Origin: Syntrophorhabdaceae bacterium
GTDB taxonomy: Bacteria > Desulfobacterota > Syntrophorhabdia > Syntrophorhabdales > Syntrophorhabdaceae
Direction of reading: 5' to 3'
Length of the DNA stretch: 64,000 nucleotides
Assembly: GCA_963666485.2 (NCBI GenBank)
Contig: CAXXUO010000002.1
Span: 96,001 to 160,000, forward strand
Shown: in pieces, positions 49,845 to 61,212 of the stretch
How the letters are laid out: every line of letters begins with the position of its first letter
Numbering within the stretch: position 1 is the first letter of the stretch
Notes under the pieces: model-generated
The model's input: only the letters and a program-made list of their open reading frames with translations
What the model was told of the DNA's origin: nothing
Database searches by the model: none
Translations under genes and position numbers: made by a program

Positions 49845-52711
49845 ATGAAATTCTCTTTCTTCAAATCGATCCGTACTCACCTCATTTTACTGGTCCTTCT
49901 GTCCATCCTGCCGGCACTCGGGATAATCCTTTATTCGGGGTTTGAACGTCAACTCAACGACAAAAGGGAAGCGGAAAAGGCTTCAGCGAGGGTCCTGCAC
50001 GACCTGGCGGAAGACCATGAAAACGCGGTGCAGAGCACCCGGGCGCTCCTTGCCACTCTGTCCAGAACGCCTGAGGTCCAGAACCAGAACGGTCCCGGAT
50101 GCGGCAAGATCCTTGCCGATCTTCTCAAACAGAACCCTCTGTATGCCCAACATTGTTGCAGCCAGAGCCGACGGGATGGTGTATGCCAGCGCAGTGCCCT
50201 CTCCCGCCTTCAGCGTACGTCATCGAAAATTCTTCCAGGACGCGGTGAAGTCGCGTGATTTCTCTGTGGGGGGAATATGTAAAGGGCATCGTCGTGCAAA
50301 GGCCCGTGCTGCACCTCGCGTACCCTGTCATAGACGCAAAGGACCGTTTGACCCGGGGTGCTGGCAGTTGCCCTCGACCTCGCCCGCTACAAGAACATAT
50401 TCCTGGGGGACACATCTGCCCGAAGGCTCGGTATTTGCCATTACCGACCACAAGCATATCCGTCTGTTCCGATACCCTTACCCGGAAAAGTACATGGGGG
50501 ACGCCGATCTTCCCGACATGATCGCGACCATATCGGCCGGGGGAAAAGAAGGGATTTTCACCGCCCCGGGGGTTGACGGCATCAGGCGTCTTTATGCCTA
50601 TGAAAAAGATATATCTCAAGGGAAGCCCATCACCGTATCTTTACATGCGCGTCGGCATACCCGAGGCGAAGGTCCTCGCCGGCGTCAGAAAAACGTTTTT
50701 CATCAACATCCCCCTTCTGTGCCTTGCTGTACTTGTTGCCCTCATACTGGCGTGGCTTATTGGAAATATGGTCGTCACCCGGAGATTGACGAGGCTCGTC
50801 GACGCATCCCTGGAACTGGCCCGGGGCAACCTTAAAGCCCGCAGCGGCCTCAGGCACAGCGAAAGCGAGCTTGGCCAGCTTGCCGCCGCCTTCGATGAAA
50901 TGGCCCAGGCCCTTGAGGACGAGGAAAAAGAGCGGGAGCTTGCAGAACAAAACCTCAAGCTGAGCGAGGAAAAATACCGCGACATCTTCGAGAACGCTAT
51001 CGAAGGCATTTATCGGACCTCCCCGGAAGGCCGGTTTCTCACGGCCAACCCCGCCGCGTGCACGATCCTGGGGTATGATTCCTCACAAGAGCTCGTCGAT
51101 ACCGTAACAGACATACGCAGCCAGATCTACGCCGATCCCGCCGACCGGGACGAGGCGCTCCGGCTGATGAATGAACAGGGCTTCATCAGGAACTTCGAAA
51201 CGCGGTTCCGCCGCAAAGACGGAAATGTTCTCTGGGTGTCGCTGACGGCCCGCCCTGTCTACGATGAAAAAGGCAACCTCCTTCATATAGAGGGGACAAG
51301 CCAGGATATTTCCGACCGCAAACAGGCAGAGGATGCGTTGCGGGAAAGCGATGAACGCTATCGGGTCCTGGTGGAAACGTCCAACGAAGGCATCTGGGTG
51401 ATGGACGGGGACCACGTGACGACGTACGTCAACCAGGCGATGGCCGACATGCTCGGGCACACCCCCTCGGAGATGACCGGGAAAAAGGTCGAGGATTTCT
51501 TTTTCCCCGAGGACATGGAATTTCACCGGGACCGCATGACGGCCCGGCATTCGGGGAAGGACGAAATATATGAACGCCGTTTCAGGAAAAAAGACGGTTC
51601 GGTACTCTGGACGCTGGTTTCAGCCAAGGCGCTCCGCAATGATCAAGGCGGGTTTGCCGGCTCCTTTGCCATGTTCATAGACATTACCGAGGCCAAGTCG
51701 TCACAGGACGCATTGCGACTGAGCGAAGAGCGCTTCCGGGCCCTGACGACAGCTACCAGCGATGTCGTGTATCACATGTCCGCGGATTGGAGGGAAATGC
51801 TCTATCTCGATGACCAGGGCTTCATTCCCGGTACTGAAAAGTCGAGTGCCGGGTGGCTTTCAAAATATATCCATCCTGATGACCGGGACCGCGTAACGGC
51901 GGTCATCAAGGAGGCCATCCGGAGCAAAAGGGTCTTTGAGTTTGAGCACCGGGTCATCAGGGCGGACGGCAGCCATGGCTGGGTCTTCTCCCGCGCAGTC
52001 CCTCTTTTGGATGACAGGGGCGAGATCATCGAATGGTTCGGTGCGGCCAGCGATATCACCGGCCGCAAGCAGGCGGAGGAGGACATAAAGAATTCCCTCC
52101 ACGAGAAAGAGATCCTCCTGAAGGAGATCCACCATCGCGTGAAAAACAACCTCATGGTCGTATCGAGCATCCTGAACCTTCAATCGGAAACGATCAGAGA
52201 CAGGAAGGCGAGAGACCTCATCGAGGACTGCCGCAAGAGGGTACAGGCAATGTCACTCGTCCACAACAGGCTCTACCGGTCGTCAGACCTCGCCCACATA
52301 AACTTCAGGGAATACACGGGGGACCTCCTCGCAGACATTGCCCGATCGTACGGGGACCGCGCCGGGAATATTGCCCTTGTGACCGACGTCGGGGACATCA
52401 CCTTCGATATCGACACCGCAATGCCGCTCGGCCTCATCATGAACGAACTCGTCTCGAATGCCATGAAACACGGCTTTTCCGGGGAGAGGAAGGGCACCAT
52501 TACGGTCAGCCTCCACGAAAACAGGGAACACTTCCTGTTCGCCGTCAAAGATGACGGCATAGGTTTTCCCCGTGATATGGATTTTACCGGAACTGAATCA
52601 CTTGGCATGCAGCTCGTCGTTACCCTCGTGTCACAGCTCGAAGGAAGCATAGAGCTTGTGAGGGACAACGGGACGGAGTTCAGGATAACCTTCAGACCGG
52701 AACAAATTTAA
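49845..52711 (+). CDS. dCache-HAMP-PAS3-HisKA_2 sensor kinase; several frameshifts between ~50140 and 50610
   Basis: ORFs 49845/49942/50255/50573 tile a paralog of 5660-8143; EIHHRVKNNL. Confidence 0.88.
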
Positions 52712-52729
52712 AACAGAGCGGGAAGGATT

Positions 52730-53172
52730 GATGGGGTCCCGGGTTCCCTGTCAGGGGGGTGACGGGAATCGCCCTCGTCCAGCCGCCCGGGCAGTTCGGG
52801 ACGGTGGGATAATACCCTTCCGGGTTGCGGCAGTAAAAAAAGGTACGCCTGCGGTGCCGGCCCGGCGTAGGGCACGGGTCCGTCATACACGTACGGGTAA
52901 TAGGGGTCACGGTACCCGTAATAGTACGGCGCGTAATAGTAGGAGGGTCCGTAGTACCTCCCCGGGTAATAGACACGGACCGGTCCCCCGCGGTAGTACT
53001 GACCTCCCCCGTGGTAGTAACCCCCGCCGCGGTAGTGATGGCCCCCGCCATGATAGGAATGGCCCCCGCCGCGATGGCCGCCCGAGTGGCCTCCCCGGGC
53101 ACACAACCCGATCGATGCGAGGCTGAGGAAAATGAGTACGGCACTACCGATAATGAGAACCCGGTTTTTCAT
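52730..53172 (-). CDS. Secreted Gly/Tyr/Pro-rich protein; frameshift near 52835, 3' end approximate
   Basis: Signal peptide, GGGH/Y repeats, then YCRNPEGYYPTVPNCPGGW in the adjacent frame. Confidence 0.7.
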
Positions 53173-53304
53173 CTCGCGCCTCCCTGCCTGTTACATATAC
53201 TGCAAAACACTTCCTGTCAACAGACATTTTCGGGAGGCTTCAATTTTTGTTCTTCGTCCCGGCGGCCTCATTCATGCGCCGGTGATGTGCGAATTTTGTA
53301 TCCA

Positions 53305-53333
53305 TGAAACATTACTGTCTCATGTGTGAAACA
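53305..53333 (+). promoter_or_regulatory. Putative sigma-54 enhancer (bEBP UAS)
   Basis: TGAAACA-N4-TGTCTCA-N4-TGAAACA, matches 1982-2009. Confidence 0.6.
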
Positions 53334-53393
53334 CAACTTTGTCCTCGCAGAAATAACAGTCAATGATCTTTAATGGTTATCCGTACATTATTA

Positions 53394-53410
53394 TTGGAAT
53401 ACTTATTGCA
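53394..53410 (+). promoter_or_regulatory. Sigma-54 -24/-12 promoter
   Basis: TTGGAATACTTATTGCA: GG-N10-GC. Confidence 0.65.
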
Positions 53411-53489
53411 ATAATATATAACAGTTAAATTCATACTCGACCAAAACGGCTTCGCGAGAAACAAGGGGGGTGTCATAAAACCTTCATTC

Positions 53490-54093
53490 ATGCGGTCCAT
53501 ACGGGTCAAGCTCGTCCTGCTGGTCCTCATTTCAATGATACCGGCGCTGGCGGTGGTCCTCTATTCCGAACGGGCGCTGCGGGATGCCCTCGTCCGGGAT
53601 GCACACGAAAAGTCGCTTCATGATAGTCCTCGGGGTTGCGTCGGAACACGAGCGCACGGTGGAATCCACGCGCAAGCTCCTGTCCGCCATAGCGAAAAAC
53701 CCGGATGTACTGGCGGCGAACGTACCCCGGTGCAACAGGCTTCTTGGCGACATCCTCGCAGAGAATCCCATCTACGCGAATATCTTCCTCGTGCATTCGG
53801 GAGGAGAGGTTTTCGCTTCCGGTCTGAAACCCTTCAAACCGCACAGTGTCACAAACAGAAAATACTACAAAGACGCAACGAACACGGGGAAATTCTCCGC
53901 CGGCGAGTATGTTATGGCCGTCACGGCGAAAATACCCGTCATTCATTTTGCCCACCCCGTGCATACCGGCTCCGTCGGACTGCAGCTGGTCATTGCGCTG
54001 GCTGAACAGTTGGACGGACGCCTCGAGATTGACAGGGATCGAGGCGCCGCCTTTACCCTGACCTTTCCCGGAAAGGAGGGCCGTAATGGATAA
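53490..54093 (+). pseudogene. Internally deleted dCache/HisKA_2 kinase
   Basis: Cache N-terminus (..IHFAHPV) fused in frame at ~53962 to the last HATPase strands (SVGLQLV..EQLDGRLEI..FTLTF); frameshift near 53620. Confidence 0.8.
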
Positions 54094-57000
54094 CAGGAAG
54101 ACCATCCTCCTCGTGGAGGATGAAGCGCTCATCGCGATCGCACAGAAGAAGACCCTCGAGAAATACGGGTACGCGGTCGTTATGGCCCATTCCGGGGAGA
54201 AGGCCATGGAGACGGTCCGCACCACGGCGGGCATCAGCCTCATCCTCATGGACATAAACCTCGGGAGGGGAAAGATGGACGGCACCGAAACCGCCGAACG
54301 CATCCTCGAGGACCACGATATCCCCGTCCTCTTCCTTTCCAGCTACACCCAGGCCGAGATCGTCGAGAAGACGGAAAAGATCACGTCCTACGGTTATGTC
54401 GTCAAGGACTCCGGCGAGACGGTCCTCAATGCCTCGATCAAGATGGCGTTCAAGCTGCACGAGGCCCACCGTGAACTCAAGGAAACCAAAGATGTCGCGC
54501 AGAGATACCTCAACGTGGCCGCCGAGATCATCGTTTCCCTGGACACACGGGGGAGGATCACCCTGCTCAACGACAGCGGGCATAAGCTTCTCGGATATGA
54601 GAACGGTGAGCTCATAGGAAAGGGCTGGTTTGATACGTGCACCCCTGAAAGGCTTAAGAACGAGCTGAACCAGGTCTTCGCGGCACTGGCGGAGGGAGGG
54701 TGTGAACAGACAGACGTCCTGACCTACGAGAACCCGGTCGTCACGAAGAACGGGGAGGAACTGACCATCCTGTGGCACAACACGGTCATCAGGAACGATG
54801 AGGGAAAGATCATTGCCGTGCTGAGCTCGGGCGAGAATATCACGGAACGTAAAAGGGCCGAGGAGGCGCTCCGGGAGAGCGAAAAGGCCATGCGGGCCTT
54901 TTTCGATGCCGTGCACGAGACGGTGGTCCTCATCGACACGGAAGGGACCATAATCCTGGCGAATACCGTCGTGGCCGAGAGGCTGGGCACAACGGTCGAA
55001 AAACTTGCCGGCACCTGCCTGTATGACCATTTCCCCCCCGATGTGGCATCGTACAGGAAGGAACGGTACGACAGGGCCATGGAAACGGGCCTGCCCGCCT
55101 TTTTTGAAGATACGAGGGGGCCACGGAGCTTTGAGCATCATTGCCAGCCTGTCCTGACGGCGGACGGAAAGGTAGCGGGCCTGACCATATTTGCCTACGA
55201 GACAACCTCGCACAAGAAGACTGAGACCGCGCTTCGGGAGAGTGAGGAGAAATATCGCTCGCTCTTTGAAAATGCCATAGAGGGGATCTTCCAGACGACC
55301 CCGGAAGGGAAGTACCTGTCCGCTAACCCCGCACTGGCGAGGTTTTTCGGCTATGACTCACCCCAAGAGCTCATGGAGGCGACCATCGATATCGGTACCC
55401 AGCGCTACACAGACCCCGGGGAGCGCCAGAAGTTTATGGATGCCTTCGAGGCTCAGGGTGTGATCAGGGACTTCGAGGTACGGCTCGTCAGGAAGGACGG
55501 GAACCCCGTGTGGACGTCGATGAACGCCCGGGCCGTCAGGGACGAACAGGGCGCGATACTGTACTACGAAGGCACCGTCGAGAACATCACCACCCGCAAG
55601 ATGGCCGAGGAGGAGGCGACCAGGGAAAGGGAGAAACTGAGGACCCTTTTCGACAACGCCCCTTTCGGGATGGTCCTTATCGATGAGGCCGGACGTTTCA
55701 TCTACGTCAACGCCAGATTCACGGAACTCCTGGGGTATGACCTGTCCGATGTCCCCGACGGCAGGGCATGGTTCAGGAAAGCTTACCCTGATGCCGAATA
55801 CAGACATTCCGTGGTCGCCGCGTGGAAAGAGGACCTCGGGAACGCCGGGCCGGGCGAACGAAGGCCGCGGACCTTTACTGTCGCCTGCAAGGACGGCTTG
55901 CGAAAGATAGTCAACTTCATCCCTTCCCGGCTCAGCACCGGGGACAACCTGATGACCTGCGAGGACATCACGAACCGCAAGCGCGTCGAAGACGAGTTGA
56001 AGCGGCTGAAGACATTCCATGAAGAGATCACCGAATCGATCGTCAACGGGGTATGGGTGTCCGATAAGGATGACGTTCTCATATACTGCAACCGCGGTAT
56101 GGGGGTCATTGCCGGTGTATCCCCTCACTTGATGGTGGGGACACACCTGTGGCGGGGTTTTTCCGAAGAGACGGTGGCAAAGTTCAAGGAACATTACATG
56201 TCGGCCAAAGAATCGCTGAAACCGGTACCCTATGACGCCGTCCCCGTCGTGACCCCTGCCGGACGGTCCACCTACCAGTCAGGCTGGCTCATCCCCCTCG
56301 TCGAGGAAGGACAATTCCACGGCATGATCTGTACGGTGGAAGACATCACGGAGAGGAAGCAGGCCGAAACGGTGCTGCGCGAGAGCGAAGAGAAGTTCAG
56401 GCTTCTCGTTGAAAATTTACCGCAAAGGATCTTCCTCAAGGACCGCCTCTCCAATTACATGAGCTGCAACCGCCACTATGCCCGTGACATGGGCATCGAG
56501 CCCGAGGCAATAACCGGCAGGACCGATTACGAGTTTTACCCCCGGGAACTGGCGGAGAAATACCGGGCAGACGACAGGGAGGTTATCGAGTCCGGCAGGG
56601 CAATCTCTGTGGAAGAGAAATACCTGTCTTCGGGCAGGCAGCAGTGGATATGGACGACCAAGGTCCCCTACCGTGATGCGAACGGCGATATTTCAGGTGT
56701 CATGGGCATTTTCGAAGACATCACGGAACGGAAAAACATTACCGAGAAACTCTTTAAAGAACAGGAGCGCCTCAGGATCATCTTCGACGCATCGCCTGCA
56801 GGCATTATCATTGTCGACCGCGCGGGGACCATCACGTTTGCCAACGAGAAGACGGCCGAGATGTTCGGCTGCACGCTCGCTGAACTCATCGGTTCCGCGT
56901 ACCCGTCCCATGTTCACCCGGACCAGAGGTCCATCGGCGACACAAGGATGCACCAACTCATAGAAGGCACGGTGGACAGCGTCGATACCGAACGGTACTA

Positions 57001-58489
57001 TGTCCGCAAGGACGGTACCGGTTTCTGGGGATATTTGAGCGGCCGCCGCCAGGGTGACGAGAGCGGGACCTTTGTCAACCTTGTCGGGATCATCACGGAT
57101 ATTACATCCCGCAAAGAGGCCGAGACGGCCTTGAAAGAGAGCGAGGAAAAGTACCGCCTTATCTTCGAGAACGCCCTGGAAGGCATATTCCGTACATCCC
57201 CGGAAGGGCGATATCTCGCTGCCAACCCCACCCTGGCCGGCATCCTGGGATATGATTCCCCGCAGGACCTCATCGGGTCTGTTACTGACATCGGCGGCCA
57301 GGTATACGCCGACGCCGGTGATCGCGAAAAAGTTTTCAGGCTCATGCGGGACAATGGTCATATCAAGGGCTTTGAAACACGGTTCCACCGGAAGGACGGG
57401 AGCATTATCTGGGTATCGCTGAACGCCCATCCCGTTTACGACGCACATGGCGGCCTGCTCTACTTCGAAGGGACTGCTCAGGACACCACGGACCGCCACC
57501 GGGCAGAAGACGCCCTCAGGGCAAGCGAAGAAACGATAAGAACACTCCTGAACGCGACATCTGACGCGGTATTTCTTTTAGACAAAGACATGGTCTACCT
57601 CGCTGTAAACGAGATAACTGCACGGCGCCTGGGTAGGAAGGTCGATCAGATCGTGGGCACCAGCGTTTTTGAACTCATCCAGGGGGAGGTTGCCGAGAAA
57701 AGAAATACAATGTTCAGCAAGGTTCTCGACACGGGCAAGCCCGTCGCTTTCACCGATGAAAGGGACGGATTATCGCTCGAGAACACCTTATACCCCGTGT
57801 TCGGTGCCGGGGAGAAGGTCAGGATGGTCGCCGTGTACAGCCGGGATATAACGACAGCCAGGCACACCGAGGAGGCGCTCAGGACCTCTCTCCGCGAGAA
57901 AGAGGTCCTTCTCAAGGAGATCCACCACCGGGTGAAAAACAACCTCATGGTCGTGTCGAGCATCCTGAACCTCCAATCGGAGACGATCGGGGACAGGAAG
58001 GCGAGGGACCTTATCGAGGATTGCCGCAAGAGGATACATGCAATGTCCCTCGTCCACAACAGGCTGTACCGCTCGGCGGACCTCGCCCGGATCAGCTTCA
58101 GCGAATACACCGGGGACCTCCTTTCAGATATTGCCCGCTCGTACGGGGACCGCCCGGGCAATATCGCCCTCGTGACCGACGTAGGGGGCGTCGCCTTCGA
58201 CATCGATACGGCGATACCGATCGGCCTCATCATGAACGAGCTCGTCTCCAACGCTATGAAGCATGCCTTCCCCGGCGAGAGGAAGGGCACCATCGCGGTC
58301 AGCCTCCACCAGGAGGAGGGCGGCTTCAGGCTCTCGGTCAGGGATGACGGGATCGGCTTCCCGGAGGACCTCGATTTTGCCTCCACGGAGTCGTTAGGGA
58401 TGCAGCTCGTCATCACCCTCGTGGAGCAGCTTGACGGAAACATAGAGCTCGTCAGGGGCCACGGGACAGAGTTCAGGATCACCTTCTGA
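54086..58489 (+). CDS. REC-multi-PAS-HisKA_2/HATPase sensor kinase, 1467 aa, intact
   Basis: ILLVEDE receiver, about nine PAS units, [22 protein letters not shown]. Confidence 0.95.
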   Translation: MDNRKTILLVEDEALIAIAQKKTLEKYGYAVVMAHSGEKAMETVRTTAGISLILMDINLGRGKMDGTETAERILEDHDIPVLFLSSYTQAEIVEKTEKITSYGYVVKDSGETVLNASIKMAFKLHEAHRELKETKDVAQRYLNVAAEIIVSLDTRGRITLLNDSGHKLLGYENGELIGKGWFDTCTPERLKNELNQVFAALAEGGCEQTDVLTYENPVVTKNGEELTILWHNTVIRNDEGKIIAVLSSGENITERKRAEEALRESEKAMRAFFDAVHETVVLIDTEGTIILANTVVAERLGTTVEKLAGTCLYDHFPPDVASYRKERYDRAMETGLPAFFEDTRGPRSFEHHCQPVLTADGKVAGLTIFAYETTSHKKTETALRESEEKYRSLFENAIEGIFQTTPEGKYLSANPALARFFGYDSPQELMEATIDIGTQRYTDPGERQKFMDAFEAQGVIRDFEVRLVRKDGNPVWTSMNARAVRDEQGAILYYEGTVENITTRKMAEEEATREREKLRTLFDNAPFGMVLIDEAGRFIYVNARFTELLGYDLSDVPDGRAWFRKAYPDAEYRHSVVAAWKEDLGNAGPGERRPRTFTVACKDGLRKIVNFIPSRLSTGDNLMTCEDITNRKRVEDELKRLKTFHEEITESIVNGVWVSDKDDVLIYCNRGMGVIAGVSPHLMVGTHLWRGFSEETVAKFKEHYMSAKESLKPVPYDAVPVVTPAGRSTYQSGWLIPLVEEGQFHGMICTVEDITERKQAETVLRESEEKFRLLVENLPQRIFLKDRLSNYMSCNRHYARDMGIEPEAITGRTDYEFYPRELAEKYRADDREVIESGRAISVEEKYLSSGRQQWIWTTKVPYRDANGDISGVMGIFEDITERKNITEKLFKEQERLRIIFDASPAGIIIVDRAGTITFANEKTAEMFGCTLAELIGSAYPSHVHPDQRSIGDTRMHQLIEGTVDSVDTERYYVRKDGTGFWGYLSGRRQGDESGTFVNLVGIITDITSRKEAETALKESEEKYRLIFENALEGIFRTSPEGRYLAANPTLAGILGYDSPQDLIGSVTDIGGQVYADAGDREKVFRLMRDNGHIKGFETRFHRKDGSIIWVSLNAHPVYDAHGGLLYFEGTAQDTTDRHRAEDALRASEETIRTLLNATSDAVFLLDKDMVYLAVNEITARRLGRKVDQIVGTSVFELIQGEVAEKRNTMFSKVLDTGKPVAFTDERDGLSLENTLYPVFGAGEKVRMVAVYSRDITTARHTEEALRTSLREKEVLLKEIHHRVKNNLMVVSSILNLQSETIGDRKARDLIEDCRKRIHAMSLVHNRLYRSADLARISFSEYTGDLLSDIARSYGDRPGNIALVTDVGGVAFDIDTAIPIGLIMNELVSNAMKHAFPGERKGTIAVSLHQEEGGFRLSVRDDGIGFPEDLDFASTESLGMQLVITLVEQLDGNIELVRGHGTEFRITF

Positions 58490-58516
58490 GCCTGCCTGCG
58501 GCGGCTCATTCAGGTT

Positions 58517-59077
58517 TCAAACATCTTTTTCTTTGTCCCATATCGTGCGCAAAATAGGGATCATAACGGCAAATATACATGAGAGCAGGAAATATAAGAC
58601 GATAGCTATCAGGGGGCTGGAACTGGCGCCGAGGAAGATAAAAAGGATCGAGATTCCCAGGAAGGCATACAAGACGATCAGTTTGATCGCGAGGGCCTCG
58701 TATTTCAGGAAACCCCAGCCTAAGTTCGCCACGAGGCCGACGGCATACGTCAAAAAGCCGGGGTATAGGAAAAACAACGCGATCGAAGCAGCTGTGACAA
58801 TTATTCTCGCCTTTTTATCTTTGGCCTTTTGTTCCTGTCTTGCCAGCTTCGCTTTTACACGATTATTGAGCACCTCCCAGTTCCGGCAGACCTCTTTGCA
58901 CTCCTTGCATATTGCCGTGTCCTGGTAGATCCTTCCCAACGTGCTCGGCAGCGGCGCGATCTCACCAAAACGGTACCTGGCCCCGCAATGGTCGCAGACC
59001 CACGCGTACCCTTCGGCCACGTCCTTTTCATGGTAAAGAGAGAGGGTATCGTCTTCCATAACATTTTTTACGGGCAT
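58517..59077 (-). CDS. Hypothetical membrane protein with N-terminal CxxC...CxxC
   Basis: CDHC and CKEC pairs, then hydrophobic helices; start uncertain. Confidence 0.6.
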   Translation of the reverse strand: MPVKNVMEDDTLSLYHEKDVAEGYAWVCDHCGARYRFGEIAPLPSTLGRIYQDTAICKECKEVCRNWEVLNNRVKAKLARQEQKAKDKKARIIVTAASIALFFLYPGFLTYAVGLVANLGWGFLKYEALAIKLIVLYAFLGISILFIFLGASSSPLIAIVLYFLLSCIFAVMIPILRTIWDKEKDV

Positions 59078-59351
59078 GGGCTTCCCCCGTCCCGCCCTCA
59101 AAGATAGGGCCTTATTTGGTTTTCGAGAGATCGCGTTTGCCTGTGTTCGCTCGCCCGGCAAGCCTTAACTGATCATATCCGTGAGAAATGATTGAATACT
59201 CGTATGATATCAGTCAAAAAACGTCAAGGCAATATCATTTTAGCAACTCCTTTGTCTCTCTGGACATTTCCGAAGAGACACACTATGATAGTCTCAACAT
59301 ATCTCAGGCGCCCATTTCGAAAAAAATATGTGATCCCACGGGGGGAGATCA

Positions 59352-60374
59352 GTGACGAACGATACGTACATTGTCGAGCCGTTCAAGCCGGCTGATGCCG
59401 AAGGAGTGTCGCGGCTTTTTTCCGAGGTCTACGGCGACAGGTATCCTGTCAGGACGGTGTACGAACCGGACCAGTTGATCGCTGCCAGTCGCGGGGGGCG
59501 GTATTTTCCCTTTTGCGTTCATGACAGGTCGGGAAAGGTGATAGGGTACGGGGCACTCAACTCTTCCGCCCCCTTCCGGGGGATATACGAGTTTGTCCAG
59601 GGCGTGGTCTCTCCCGATTGCCAGGGAGGGGGCATCGGCACACTCCTCTTTGAGTTCGTTGAAAAATACATGCCCACCCTGCCCCACTGTGAGGTGTATT
59701 TCGGTGAGGCGGTCTGCAACCACATACACACGCAGAAGGCCGGGGCCCTGATCAAGACCATAGAGACCGGGATCGAGGTGGACCTTTTGCCGGGGAACCA
59801 GTATGGCAAACGCGACGATGCCCCGGTACGGGTGGCGGCGGTCGACATGTTCAGGACGTTCGTCCCGAAACCGCAGGTCGTATACGTACCGGCCGTCTAT
59901 GACGAGATCGCCCGTTATATTTACGGCGGCTTTGACGATAGCCGCACGATCCGCAACGCGGCAGGGCCCGAAACCGGTACCGGCCCGCTGACGCAGATGT
60001 CCGTCAGCGCATTCGAATCCGCGCATGTGGCCCGCATATCCGTCCCGGTCGTTGGTCCTGACTTCATGGAGCAGTTCAACAAAGAACAGGAAATGCTCGC
60101 CGGCCGGGACATCCGGGTCATCCAGGCGTGGCTCAATATTTCACGGCCTGTGGCCGCCGCAATGACGGAGGAGTTGAGAAGGCACGGGTATTTCTTCGGG
60201 GCCTTCTGCCCCCGGTGGTTCGATGAAGATTGCGTGCTCATGCAGCGCATCATCGGTGACCCTGACTGGGACCATATCCATCTCTATTCCGGAAGGTCCG
60301 GGAAGATACTGGAATTCATTCGCTCCGATTGGAAAGAAACCGCCGGAACGGAACGTGAGGCCCCTCATGAATAA
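59352..60374 (+). CDS. GNAT-family N-acetyltransferase
   Basis: VSPDCQGGGIG acetyl-CoA motif; FGEAVCNHIHTQK. Confidence 0.78.
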   Translation: MTNDTYIVEPFKPADAEGVSRLFSEVYGDRYPVRTVYEPDQLIAASRGGRYFPFCVHDRSGKVIGYGALNSSAPFRGIYEFVQGVVSPDCQGGGIGTLLFEFVEKYMPTLPHCEVYFGEAVCNHIHTQKAGALIKTIETGIEVDLLPGNQYGKRDDAPVRVAAVDMFRTFVPKPQVVYVPAVYDEIARYIYGGFDDSRTIRNAAGPETGTGPLTQMSVSAFESAHVARISVPVVGPDFMEQFNKEQEMLAGRDIRVIQAWLNISRPVAAAMTEELRRHGYFFGAFCPRWFDEDCVLMQRIIGDPDWDHIHLYSGRSGKILEFIRSDWKETAGTEREAPHE

Positions 60375-61209
60375 TGTGCAGAAGCCGCTTCAGGGCATTA
60401 AAGTCCTGGCATTCGCCTTCAACCTGCCCGGCCCTGTGGCGGCCGCCGAGCTCCAAAAACTGGGGGCTTCGGTGACCAGGGTCGAATCCCCCGCGGGAGA
60501 TACCTTCGCGACATGGTGCCCGTCCTGGTACAAGGCACTGTGTTCAGGGCAGAGGGTCCTTCGCATAGACCTGAAGACGGCAGAAGGCCTTGCCGCAATG
60601 GAAGGGCTTCTCGCAGAAAGCGATCTTTTTCTTACATCCTTTCGCCTGTCCGCATTGCAGAGGCTGTCTCTCGACCGCGGGAGCGTCGAGGCCCGGCATC
60701 CCGCACTCTGCCAGGTTGCCATAGTCGGATACCCTGCACCCCTGCAAAATCAGGCGGGCCATGACATCACCTACCAGGCCGCCCTCGGCCTCGTCACACC
60801 CCCGCACAATCCGCGCACCTTCGTCGCTGACCTGTCCGGGGCACAAAGGGCCGCGATAGCCGCAGTTTCCCTGCTCTACGCACGGGAGCGGGGCCTCGGG
60901 GCAGGATATGCCGAGATCTCCCTTTCAGAAAGCGCCGAAGAGTTCGCCGAACCGCTGCGCCACGGGATCACGAGCCCCGGCTCCCTATTCGGAGGCGGAT
61001 TGCCGGAATACGGGCTCTACGAATCACGCGAGGGATGGATAGCCGTGGCGGCCCTCGAGAAGCACTTCCGGGATGACCTCGGCACATCTCTCGGCATAAA
61101 TGGCGAGATAAGCCGGGAAAAACTGCAGGTGATATTTCTCACCCGGACGGCCCGGGAATGGGAAGAGTGGGCGACAGCGAACGATCTTCCCATAGCCGCC
61201 GTGCGGTGA
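60367..61209 (+). CDS. CoA-transferase family III (CaiB/BaiF)
   Basis: PLQGIKVL, NLPGP, LGASVTRVESPAGD, AGHDITY. Confidence 0.88.
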   Translation: MNNVQKPLQGIKVLAFAFNLPGPVAAAELQKLGASVTRVESPAGDTFATWCPSWYKALCSGQRVLRIDLKTAEGLAAMEGLLAESDLFLTSFRLSALQRLSLDRGSVEARHPALCQVAIVGYPAPLQNQAGHDITYQAALGLVTPPHNPRTFVADLSGAQRAAIAAVSLLYARERGLGAGYAEISLSESAEEFAEPLRHGITSPGSLFGGGLPEYGLYESREGWIAVAALEKHFRDDLGTSLGINGEISREKLQVIFLTRTAREWEEWATANDLPIAAVR

Positions 61210-61212
61210 ACC

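Noticed and set aside
7395..57055. Diversity-generating retroelement TR/VR pair from kinase repeats
   Set aside because: No reverse transcriptase, and differences between copies are not adenine-specific.
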